The position numbers were made by a program, and so were the translations under genes. From positions 1-55,818 of the forward strand of contig JACREM010000047.1 in the NCBI GenBank assembly GCA_016218215.1: 55,818 nucleotides of DNA. The letters run 5' to 3'. Origin of the DNA: Candidatus Gottesmanbacteria bacterium. GTDB lineage: Bacteria > Patescibacteriota > Microgenomatia > UBA10105 > UBA927. The notes beneath the pieces are model-generated. The model worked only from the letters and a program-made list of their open reading frames with translations, made no database searches and had not been told where the DNA came from. This document shows, piece by piece, positions 9,144-18,023 of the stretch; positions within the stretch are counted from its first letter, which is position 1; every line of letters starts with the position of its first letter.

Positions 9144-10505
9144 ATGGCGCTTGACCTTTCAATTTTCAAAGACTACGATGTGCGTGGCACGTACCCAAAT
9201 CAGATCAATGCAGAGATGGCACGCGCTATTGCGTACGCAGTTGTCCGAACGCTTCACCCTAAAACAGTTTGTATTTGTCGCGATATGCGGTTCTCCGGGG
9301 AAGAATTACGGGATGGCCTCACCGAAATATTTTTGTCACAAGGGATAGATGTCTATGATGCAGGACTCGTGGGTACTGAGATGCAGTACTTTATTGCAGG
9401 AACCAGAGACTATGACTTGGTGTTTCAGATAAGTGCGTCGCATAATCCTCCGCAGTACAACGGAATAAAGCTGGTGAAAAAAGGCCCGATTGCCGTGACG
9501 AGTGACAGTGGACTGTATGACGTGCGCGATGCAATAGCAAAGGGTCCTCTTCCGGATGCAAAGACCAGGGGAACTCGAACAGAGATAGACGTCACAACCG
9601 AATGGAAAAAGAAAGTTCTTTCACTTGTGAACGTTACCGACTTTTCTCCTTTGTCAGTCGTTGTAGATGCCGGAAATGGTATGGCGGGAAAACTCGTGCC
9701 TGCTGTATTTTCAGGATTGCCCTTTACACTTACTACCATGTTTATGGATCTGGATGGACATTTCCCAAACCATATACCAAATCCGCTTATTCCCGAAAAT
9801 AATGCGTTCCTCATCTCAAAATTAAAAGAACTCCATGCAGATGTTGGCATAACGTTTGACGGTGATGCAGATCGGATGTTTCTTATTGATGATAAAGGAA
9901 GACTCGTACCGGGGACAATCACCACAGCCCTTCTCGCACGCTACTTTCTTTCCATTCACCCTGGCGAGCTTATTCTCTATAACGCCATCTGCGGCAGGGT
10001 GGTGCCTGAGCTTGTGAAAAAATTAGGAGGCAATTCAAAAAGAGTTCGCGTCGGGCATAGCTATATAAAGACGTATATGCGGGAGACCGGAGCGGTATTT
10101 GCCGGCGAACATTCAGGGCATTATTATTATCGAGATTTTTTTAATGCTGAAAGCGGCGTACTGACAGCGCTTCTCATGCTCGCGCTTCTGTCGCATGAAA
10201 AAAGAAAACTCTCCGAGCTTGTAGATGAGTTAGATACATATCCCGCGAGCGGTGAGATAAATTTTGTGGTTTCAGATATTCCATTGGTAGTAGATAAAAT
10301 AAAGATTGCTCACTTGGATGCGGATTCCATAGATGAGCTGGATGGTGTAAGTGTGTGGTATAAGACGTACTGGTTTAATATCCGGCCATCCAAGACCGAA
10401 CCTCTTCTTAGGCTCAATGTTGAAGCAGATACCAAAGAAATTTTAGATATAAAAACAAATGAGCTTGTGAGTACAATAGAACAGCTCGGAGGAAAAAGAA
10501 AATAG
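9144..10505 (+). CDS. manB: Phosphomannomutase/phosphoglucomutase
   Basis: FKDYDVRG, SASHNP, FDGDADR, GEHSGH, RPSKTEP; AAGGAG RBS before ATG 9144. Confidence 0.93.
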   Translation: MALDLSIFKDYDVRGTYPNQINAEMARAIAYAVVRTLHPKTVCICRDMRFSGEELRDGLTEIFLSQGIDVYDAGLVGTEMQYFIAGTRDYDLVFQISASHNPPQYNGIKLVKKGPIAVTSDSGLYDVRDAIAKGPLPDAKTRGTRTEIDVTTEWKKKVLSLVNVTDFSPLSVVVDAGNGMAGKLVPAVFSGLPFTLTTMFMDLDGHFPNHIPNPLIPENNAFLISKLKELHADVGITFDGDADRMFLIDDKGRLVPGTITTALLARYFLSIHPGELILYNAICGRVVPELVKKLGGNSKRVRVGHSYIKTYMRETGAVFAGEHSGHYYYRDFFNAESGVLTALLMLALLSHEKRKLSELVDELDTYPASGEINFVVSDIPLVVDKIKIAHLDADSIDELDGVSVWYKTYWFNIRPSKTEPLLRLNVEADTKEILDIKTNELVSTIEQLGGKRK

Positions 10506-10524
10506 AAGTAAGGAGGAACAGCAT

Positions 10525-11601
10525 ATGGCAAACATGGATACTATTTCAGAAATTAAAGCACTTGATCCTTCCGGTGTGCTGGAATCTACGGCAAAATTTC
10601 CTGATCAGTGCGAACAGGCCTGGAGAGAAGCTTCGACGATTAAATTTCCACCTGGATACGAAAATATTTATAACGTCGTTGTCTGTGGGATGGGCGGCTC
10701 TCGGTTTACACCGCGGACAATTAAAGAGTTTTTTCGAGATCGTATAAAAGAACCGTATGAAATTGTTGAGGACTATACGTTGCCGCAGTATGTGGATAAA
10801 GATAGCCTGGTGATTCTTTCTTCCTTTTCCGGTACGACAGAAGAAGTGCTTTCCTGTGGACAGGATGCACTGAGACGCGGTGCGCGGATAAGTGGTGTCA
10901 TGAAGGATGGAGACAGTAAGATCGTCTCATTTCTCAAAGCGCAGGGCGCGACAGGATACCTGTTTGATCCAAAAAACAACCCGTGTGGACAGCCACGTAT
11001 AGGGGGAGGATATCTACTTATGGGACATTTGGGTTTACTTAAAGCACTCAGACTAATTGACATAGATGATAGTGAAGTCGTTTCTGCTATCGCTTATGCA
11101 AGAACAGTAGGGAAAAAATTCGCAGTAGAAGTGCCGACGGAAAAAAATCCTGCAAAACAACTGGCAAAAACACTCAAAGATACGCATCCGTTTATAGTGA
11201 CTAGTGAGTTTTTACGCGGATTCGGTAACGCTTTTTCAAATCAGATCAATGAAACAGCAAAAATGATTTCTGATCCAAGAAATATACCGGAGCTCAATCA
11301 TCACCTGATGGAAGGGTTAAAGTATCCCAAGACTCTGCATCAAAATGGATTGTTTTTGTTTTTTCTGTCACAGTTTTATTCGAAGCTTGTGCAAAAGCGA
11401 TACGCCATAACAAAAACTGTGGTGGAGAAACAGGGGGTAAATACATTTACGGTAAATCTTGAAGGTCCATCCAAACTTGCGCAAACGTTGGAAGCGTTTA
11501 CCATATCCGGATTTACGTCGTTTTACATGGCAGTCCTGTATGATATGGATCCTGTTGCCATTCCCTGGGTCGATTATTTTAAAGCCGAGCTTGCTAAATA
11601 A
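10525..11601 (+). CDS. Bifunctional phosphoglucose/phosphomannose isomerase (archaeal-type, SIS domains)
   Basis: GMGGS, SFSGTTEE, QPR, NETAK, PELNHH; AAGGAGG RBS. Confidence 0.9.
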   Translation: MANMDTISEIKALDPSGVLESTAKFPDQCEQAWREASTIKFPPGYENIYNVVVCGMGGSRFTPRTIKEFFRDRIKEPYEIVEDYTLPQYVDKDSLVILSSFSGTTEEVLSCGQDALRRGARISGVMKDGDSKIVSFLKAQGATGYLFDPKNNPCGQPRIGGGYLLMGHLGLLKALRLIDIDDSEVVSAIAYARTVGKKFAVEVPTEKNPAKQLAKTLKDTHPFIVTSEFLRGFGNAFSNQINETAKMISDPRNIPELNHHLMEGLKYPKTLHQNGLFLFFLSQFYSKLVQKRYAITKTVVEKQGVNTFTVNLEGPSKLAQTLEAFTISGFTSFYMAVLYDMDPVAIPWVDYFKAELAK

Positions 11602-11632
11602 TTGTGTACTTGATGTTCAACTTGTATTCCCC

Positions 11633-11661
11633 TTGCGCTAATTGAGGAAATTTCTCATACT
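11633..11661 (+). promoter_or_regulatory. Putative leaderless promoter of ppsA
   Basis: TTGCGC-N17-CATACT, with the ATG 6 nt downstream. Confidence 0.5.
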
Positions 11662-11667
11662 AGAAGT

Positions 11668-13965
11668 ATGTCTAAAAAATTTGTTGTTTGGTTTTCGGAC
11701 GTTGGTAAAGATGATGGGGCTCTTGTCGGTGGAAAAGGTGCAAACCTGGGAGAGATGACGCAGGCTGGCTTTCCAGTGCCGCCTGGATTTATCGTTACGT
11801 CCAAGGCGTACGAACGCTTCCTCGATGAGTCAGGGCTTCGAGCGTGCATAAAAGATGTACTTTACGGTTTAGATGTCAGTGATTCAGATGGGCTTGAGCA
11901 AGCTTCAAAGGATATTCAGAAGAGTATTACACAGTCCCGGTTTCCGCACACTATTGCAAAAGAGGTCATAGAGGCATATTTTTCGATGGATGAAGGATTG
12001 TCTCGTCACTCGCGCGTCGCAGTGCGATCCTCTGCCACGGCCGAAGATCTACCAGGTGCGTCTTTTGCCGGTCAGCAGTCTACATTTCTCAACGTTGAAG
12101 GGGAAGCTTCATTACTTGAAAAAATAAAAGAGGCATGGGCGTCTCTTTTTACCGCACGGGCAATTTTTTACAGAAAAACTCAGGGATTTGATGATTTTAA
12201 GGTAGGAATCGCAATTCCTGTGCAGAAAATGGTTGAATCTGTAGCCTCAGGTATTATGTTTACCCTTGACCCTGTCACAAATAGTAAATCTACTATCGTG
12301 ATAGAAGGTATATTTGGACTCGGAGAAATGATCGTACAGGGCGCTGTAACACCGGACCATTATGAAGTAGACAAAAAATCTCTCATTATTACCGCTAAAT
12401 CGATTAAGACACAGGAAAAACAGATGATTCGGGCAAAAAACGAAAATATCATAGAACAGTTATCCCATGCTCTCGGGTCAAAACAGAAAATTACAGACGA
12501 GATAATTTTAACACTTGCAAAAATTGGAAAAGATCTTGAAAGACATTATTATTTTCCCCAGGATATCGAATGGGCGGTTGATTTCAAAAACACCATCTTT
12601 ATCGTCCAGACAAGGCCGGTGACGACATTAAATCAATCTCCAATGACCAATACACAATCACCAAAAGCAGAAAACAAAAAGAAACTTTTGGTAAAAGGGG
12701 ATCCGGCGAGCCCCGGGATACAATCCGGCCCGGTACAAATTCTCGGGAGTATGAAAGATTTGGACAAAATCAATATAGGAGAAGTATTGGTAGCTGAACA
12801 GACAAATCCGGATTATGTACCGGCAATGAAAAAAGCAGTTGCAATAGTTACCGCTCGTGGCGGAAGAACGTCCCATGCTGCCATCGTCTCTCGGGAGCTC
12901 GGAATTCCTGCTGTCGTTGGGGTAAAAAATGCACTCAGCATATTGAAGGACGGCATGGTTGTCACAGTAAATGGTTCAACCGGAGAAGTGTTTCAGGGCT
13001 CAATTGCATCAAATATTAAAAATCAAATATCAAATATCAAAAAAGATGAAAATCATAATTTAAAGACTGCGACGAAGGTGTATGTAAATTTGGCCGAGCC
13101 CAGTAGAGCCGATGCCGTCTCAAAGATGAATGTAGACGGAGTGGGGCTGCTTCGTGCTGAATTTATGATTGCAGGCATAGGGACGCATCCAAAAAAGTTT
13201 ATAAAGGACAAAAAAGAAAAGGAATTTATTTCTATCCTCTCTTCAAATCTTGAGACCATTTGCTCTGCCCTGAATCCCCGTCCGGTGGTGTACAGGGCGA
13301 CTGATTTTCGAACGAATGAATATAGAAATCTAAAAGGAGGGCAGGAGTTTGAACCAGTCGAGGATAATCCGATGCTTGGGTTTCGGGGTGCTGCCAGATA
13401 TATCGTTGATTCAAGCGTGTTCGAGCTTGAACTTGAAGCAATAAAACACGTACGAAATAAGCTTGGGTTTAAAAATTTTTCTCTCATGATTCCTTTTGTA
13501 AGAAATCCAAAAGAAATGCTTGAAGTAAAAAAGATCGTTGCATCGGCTGGACTCTCGCGTGGCTCGACATTTAAGCTTTGGATGATGGTAGAGATTCCGA
13601 CTAATGTCATACTGTTAGATCAGTATTTGGATGTTGGCATAGATGGTGTGTCTATCGGATCGAACGATCTTACTATGCTTATCTTGGGGACTGATCGGGA
13701 TAATAGCGAAGTTGCTCATGATTTTAACGAAATGGATCCTGCTGTTCTCTGGGCGTTTGAAAAAGTAGTGACGACGTGTGCCAAGCGTGGCGTGACTGTC
13801 TCTATGTGCGGGCAGGCGCCGTCCGATTATCCTGAACTTGTGGAAAAGCTTGTGAAATGGGGTATCACGAGTGTGTCAGTCAATCCTGATGCTCTTGATA
13901 GTGTGAGGAGAACTATATTTGAAGCTGAACAAAATCTCGTGAAACATGCTTCTTTAAACCGATAG
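11668..13965 (+). CDS. ppsA: Phosphoenolpyruvate synthase (pyruvate, water dikinase)
   Basis: GGKGANLGE, VRSSATAED, GGRTSHAAIVSRE (phospho-His), SIGSNDL, CGQ. Confidence 0.96.
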   Translation: MSKKFVVWFSDVGKDDGALVGGKGANLGEMTQAGFPVPPGFIVTSKAYERFLDESGLRACIKDVLYGLDVSDSDGLEQASKDIQKSITQSRFPHTIAKEVIEAYFSMDEGLSRHSRVAVRSSATAEDLPGASFAGQQSTFLNVEGEASLLEKIKEAWASLFTARAIFYRKTQGFDDFKVGIAIPVQKMVESVASGIMFTLDPVTNSKSTIVIEGIFGLGEMIVQGAVTPDHYEVDKKSLIITAKSIKTQEKQMIRAKNENIIEQLSHALGSKQKITDEIILTLAKIGKDLERHYYFPQDIEWAVDFKNTIFIVQTRPVTTLNQSPMTNTQSPKAENKKKLLVKGDPASPGIQSGPVQILGSMKDLDKINIGEVLVAEQTNPDYVPAMKKAVAIVTARGGRTSHAAIVSRELGIPAVVGVKNALSILKDGMVVTVNGSTGEVFQGSIASNIKNQISNIKKDENHNLKTATKVYVNLAEPSRADAVSKMNVDGVGLLRAEFMIAGIGTHPKKFIKDKKEKEFISILSSNLETICSALNPRPVVYRATDFRTNEYRNLKGGQEFEPVEDNPMLGFRGAARYIVDSSVFELELEAIKHVRNKLGFKNFSLMIPFVRNPKEMLEVKKIVASAGLSRGSTFKLWMMVEIPTNVILLDQYLDVGIDGVSIGSNDLTMLILGTDRDNSEVAHDFNEMDPAVLWAFEKVVTTCAKRGVTVSMCGQAPSDYPELVEKLVKWGITSVSVNPDALDSVRRTIFEAEQNLVKHASLNR

Positions 13966-13972
13966 ATATTTT

Positions 13973-15253
13973 ATGGCTACTCAATCAACAAATATTTATG
14001 CGGTGCAGGCTCGTGAAATATTGGATTCGCGTGGAAATCCGACGATAGAAACGACTGTCGTACTGGAAAACGGCTACTATGGCATTTCTTCTATCCCCTC
14101 AGGAGCATCGGTCGGAAAATACGAGGCAGTGGAACTTCGAGATAGCGATCCGAAGCGCTATCACGGCATGGGAGTATTGAAAGCAGTGAACAACGTGAAC
14201 AGCATATTAGGTCCAAAAGTGCGTGGGAAAGACGCATTGAAACAAGAAGAAATTGATGCCACGCTTATTGCTCTCGATGGTACTCCGAATAAATCAAACC
14301 TTGGAGCCAATAGTATATTAAGCGTATCTTTGGCCTCAGCAGTTGCGGCGTCTAATGCATCCCGCATGATGGTCTATCGGTATCTCAATCAGATATTTTC
14401 TACGTTCTGCCCGACTTTGTTAGTTAAAATACCTGTACCTATTTTTAACATCATAAACGGAGGAAAACACGGTGCCGGAAACCTTAATTTTCAGGAATTT
14501 CAGATCATTCCCGCCTCCGGCAAGCCGTACCATGATGCACTTATGATGGGAGTCGAAATATATCATGCGCTTGGAAAACTCCTCGAGTATAGGGGCGCAG
14601 TACACTCTGTCGGTGATGAAGGCGGGTATGCTCCAAACCTTTTTACCAATGTTGAAGCATTGGAATTACTTTTAGAAGCAAGTAGAACACTCGGATATCG
14701 ATTTGGTACGGATGTATTTTTCGGTCTCGATGTTGCTTCAAGTTATTTCAAAACGGATAAAGGATACCTTATAAAAGACCGCGCGTTACCATATTCTCCT
14801 TCGGAATTCATAGAGTATTTTCGCACACTGAATACAAAATATAGACTTCTTCTTTTGGAAGATGCGTTTAGTGAAGATGATTGGAGCAGTTGGCAGGCAT
14901 TAACTGCTGCTCTTGGTAAGGATTCTCTTATCATAGGAGATGATCTGCTCGTGACTAATCCAGAGAAACTCGTCAAAGCGATAAACGAAAAGGCCTGCTC
15001 GGCGATACTTCTAAAACCAAATCAAATCGGCACGTTGTCTGAATTTTTTCGCGTTGTCAAAATTGCAAAGGAACACGGGTTTGGCACGATTGTGTCTCAC
15101 AGAAGCGGAGAAACTGTGGATACATTTGAGGCGGATTTAGCAGTCGCCATTCAATCCGACTACGTAAAGTTTGGTGCTCCAGCTCGCGGAGAGAGAGTTG
15201 CTAAATACAACAGACTTCTTCAGATCGAAGCTGAACTTTCTGTGAAAAAATAA
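13973..15253 (+). CDS. eno: Enolase
   Basis: AREILDSRGNPT, GDEGG, GDDL, SHRSGET, ERVAKYNRLL. Confidence 0.97.
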   Translation: MATQSTNIYAVQAREILDSRGNPTIETTVVLENGYYGISSIPSGASVGKYEAVELRDSDPKRYHGMGVLKAVNNVNSILGPKVRGKDALKQEEIDATLIALDGTPNKSNLGANSILSVSLASAVAASNASRMMVYRYLNQIFSTFCPTLLVKIPVPIFNIINGGKHGAGNLNFQEFQIIPASGKPYHDALMMGVEIYHALGKLLEYRGAVHSVGDEGGYAPNLFTNVEALELLLEASRTLGYRFGTDVFFGLDVASSYFKTDKGYLIKDRALPYSPSEFIEYFRTLNTKYRLLLLEDAFSEDDWSSWQALTAALGKDSLIIGDDLLVTNPEKLVKAINEKACSAILLKPNQIGTLSEFFRVVKIAKEHGFGTIVSHRSGETVDTFEADLAVAIQSDYVKFGAPARGERVAKYNRLLQIEAELSVKK

Positions 15254-15255
15254 TC

Positions 15256-16917
15256 ATGCTGACCAATGCGCCTGTCGTGCTATTAATATTGGATGGTTGG
15301 GGTATTGCTCCGCCAGGACCGGGGAACGCCATCTCGCGATCAAAACTTTCTATTCTCCCAAGACTTATAAATATGTACCCATCAAGTGAGCTGGGTGCGT
15401 CCGGTGAAAGCGTGGGCCTTCCACCAGGAGAAGATGGAAACACTGAAACCGGCCACATCAATATTGGTGCCGGAAGAATAGTCTATCAGGACCTTCCACG
15501 GATAAACCAGTCAATTAGTGACCGTTCTTTTCACGCCAATCCAACGTTTCTTGATGCGTTTTCCTATGCCAAGCAGCATAAAACAAACATACATCTTATG
15601 GGGCTTGTCAGTGATGGCGGTGTTCACGCGCAGATGTCTCACCTGTTTGCTCTTCTTGAGATAGCAAAATCGCAACATTGTGGGAATCAGGTGTTTTTGC
15701 ATCTCTTTACTGATGGTCGTGATGCTTCGCCAAATTCAGGCGTTCGATTTCTTGAAGAAATTATGAAACGGTGCAAGTCTCTTGACTGCGGTACTATCGC
15801 GACAGTCATGGGAAGGTATTTTGGCCTGGATCGGGATCACCATTGGGAGAGGACAGAAAAAGCGTACAGAGCACTGACAGAAGGCATTGGCACAAAGGGC
15901 TTTGATATATTAAGCATCATGCGACAGTCATATCAAAAAGGAATCACGGATGAGTTTATTGAGCCTATTATCTCTACTCGAGATGATGGAACAATGCTTC
16001 CGCGGATTTCTAATCATGATGCGGTCATTTTTTTTAATTACCGTATTGATAGACCAAGACAGCTAACAGAAGTGTTTATTCGACCAGATTTTGAAGAACA
16101 TAAGGATGTCGCTCCGTCATTCGATCCGTATACCGTAAAGTATTACCATAAGCACGTCATAGATGAAGATATAAACACTCAGCATTTTCAGAGAAAAATC
16201 ATTTTGCCGGATATATTTTTTGTTACCATGACAGAATACGAGCGCGGTCTTTCTGCAAGCGTCGCGTTTCCTCCTGAAAAAATTATCCACCCATTTGGTG
16301 AAGTACTATCAGAAGCAGGGCGGAGACAACTGCGTATATCTGAGTCAGAAAAAGAGCGGTTTGTCACGTATTATTTTAATGGCATGCGTGAGGTACCGTA
16401 TCTTGGGGAAGACCGCATTATTATCCCTTCTCCGAGAGTCGCAACGTACGACCTTGCTCCAGAAATGGCTTTGGACACACTGGTAAGCACTCTTTTAGAC
16501 CGATTAGACAGTAAAATATATCCTGTTATTATTGCAAATTTTGCCAATGCAGACATGGTTGCGCACACAGGGAACATACAGCAGGCGATACAAGCGTGCG
16601 AAATAATTGATCGAAGTATCGGACAAATAACAGAGAGAGTACTCTCTCTCGGAGGCACTTGCATCATAACTGCTGACCATGGTAACGTGGAAGAGATGCT
16701 GACAGCGGACGGGAATATAGATACAGAGCATTCCGTGTTCCCGGTACCTTTTGTTGTAGTAAATAAGAGATTTGAAGGAATACCAGGCTGCATGAAAAAG
16801 GGAGTGCTTGCTGACATAGCACCAACAATACTTTATCTTTTGGGTCTTGAGATGCCAAAAGAGATGACCGGTAAAAATTTATTAATAGATTGTATAGCAA
16901 AAGGAGGCACTATATGA
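15256..16917 (+). CDS. gpmI: 2,3-bisphosphoglycerate-independent phosphoglycerate mutase
   Basis: LILDGWG, GNTETGH, DGRD, NYRIDR, NADMVAHTG, TADHGN. Confidence 0.94.
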   Translation: MLTNAPVVLLILDGWGIAPPGPGNAISRSKLSILPRLINMYPSSELGASGESVGLPPGEDGNTETGHINIGAGRIVYQDLPRINQSISDRSFHANPTFLDAFSYAKQHKTNIHLMGLVSDGGVHAQMSHLFALLEIAKSQHCGNQVFLHLFTDGRDASPNSGVRFLEEIMKRCKSLDCGTIATVMGRYFGLDRDHHWERTEKAYRALTEGIGTKGFDILSIMRQSYQKGITDEFIEPIISTRDDGTMLPRISNHDAVIFFNYRIDRPRQLTEVFIRPDFEEHKDVAPSFDPYTVKYYHKHVIDEDINTQHFQRKIILPDIFFVTMTEYERGLSASVAFPPEKIIHPFGEVLSEAGRRQLRISESEKERFVTYYFNGMREVPYLGEDRIIIPSPRVATYDLAPEMALDTLVSTLLDRLDSKIYPVIIANFANADMVAHTGNIQQAIQACEIIDRSIGQITERVLSLGGTCIITADHGNVEEMLTADGNIDTEHSVFPVPFVVVNKRFEGIPGCMKKGVLADIAPTILYLLGLEMPKEMTGKNLLIDCIAKGGTI

Positions 16918-18023
16918 AAACAACACTCTCTGCGATCAAGGCCGACACAGGATCGGTGGGAGGACACAATAGACCAAGCAATGCCATGCTTGCCAAGGCT
17001 ACGGAACTTGCAGATGCCGCAGTGAAAAAGGGCCTTCTTTCTGACTGTAAAGTTACCTTCACCGGTGATGATATCTGTTTTCTCATGGCGCACACGCGCG
17101 GAATGGATAATCCCGATATTCATACATTTGCCTGGGAATCATTTAAGGAAACGACGGCGATTGCAAAGAGTCAGGGACTGTACGGAGCGGGTCAGGATTT
17201 ACTAAAAGACGCATTTTCAGGAAACGTGCGTGGTATGGGACCAGGATCGGCAGAAATGGAATTTGAAGAGAGACAAGCTGAACCATTTGTTCTTTTTGCG
17301 GCTGACAAATGTGGTCCGGGTGTATTTAACTACCCGCTTCTTAGTTGTTATGCTGATCCGTACCATAATGCTGGGCTACTCCTCGCACCGGACATGCATG
17401 CAGGGTTTACCTATACTGTCATGGATGTAAATTATACAGAGGCTGATAAGGTCATAAAAGTGAAGGTACCGGAAGAATACTATGATCTCTGTACGCTTCT
17501 TCGAGATCCAAATCATTATGTCGTCGAAAGCGTCACGCATAACGCCTCCGGGCTTCAGGGGTGCGCAGTGTCTACGAGTAGACTTCATAACATAGCAGGA
17601 AAATACGTCGGAAAGGATGATCCTGTGGCAATCGTCCGAACGCAGAAGCAATTTCCATCAACCGGTGAGTATCTTTCTCCCTGGGCGCTTGCTCATTTTA
17701 CGCTCGGAGACAATAGAGGATCTCATCATGTGGCAGTCATGCCGGTCAAACAAAATTCAATTATCTCCTACTTTGACGGACCGACTATCGTCAGTGCTGC
17801 GGGGTATTGCGTGCATGAGGGAAAATTTACGGAAGCTGTTGATCTATTTGATCAACCGTTCTGGGATCTTATACGAACAAAGGCTTCTGAGAAAACTCTC
17901 TCAATTCGTGCACAGGGATTTTTTAATCCCGCTATGGCTGGTATGGATGAGCTTGAATATACAGGCGTCATGGAGAATTTAAAGAGGATTGAGACAAAGT
18001 TTGAAGTGCGTAGCGTCAAATGA
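16914..18023 (+). CDS. Bifunctional fructose-1,6-bisphosphate aldolase/phosphatase (class V FBPase)
   Basis: IKADTGSVGGH, GDD, GAGQDLLKDAFSGNVRG.GPG, GKYVGKDDP, RGSH; AAGGAGG RBS. Confidence 0.93.
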   Translation: MKTTLSAIKADTGSVGGHNRPSNAMLAKATELADAAVKKGLLSDCKVTFTGDDICFLMAHTRGMDNPDIHTFAWESFKETTAIAKSQGLYGAGQDLLKDAFSGNVRGMGPGSAEMEFEERQAEPFVLFAADKCGPGVFNYPLLSCYADPYHNAGLLLAPDMHAGFTYTVMDVNYTEADKVIKVKVPEEYYDLCTLLRDPNHYVVESVTHNASGLQGCAVSTSRLHNIAGKYVGKDDPVAIVRTQKQFPSTGEYLSPWALAHFTLGDNRGSHHVAVMPVKQNSIISYFDGPTIVSAAGYCVHEGKFTEAVDLFDQPFWDLIRTKASEKTLSIRAQGFFNPAMAGMDELEYTGVMENLKRIETKFEVRSVK

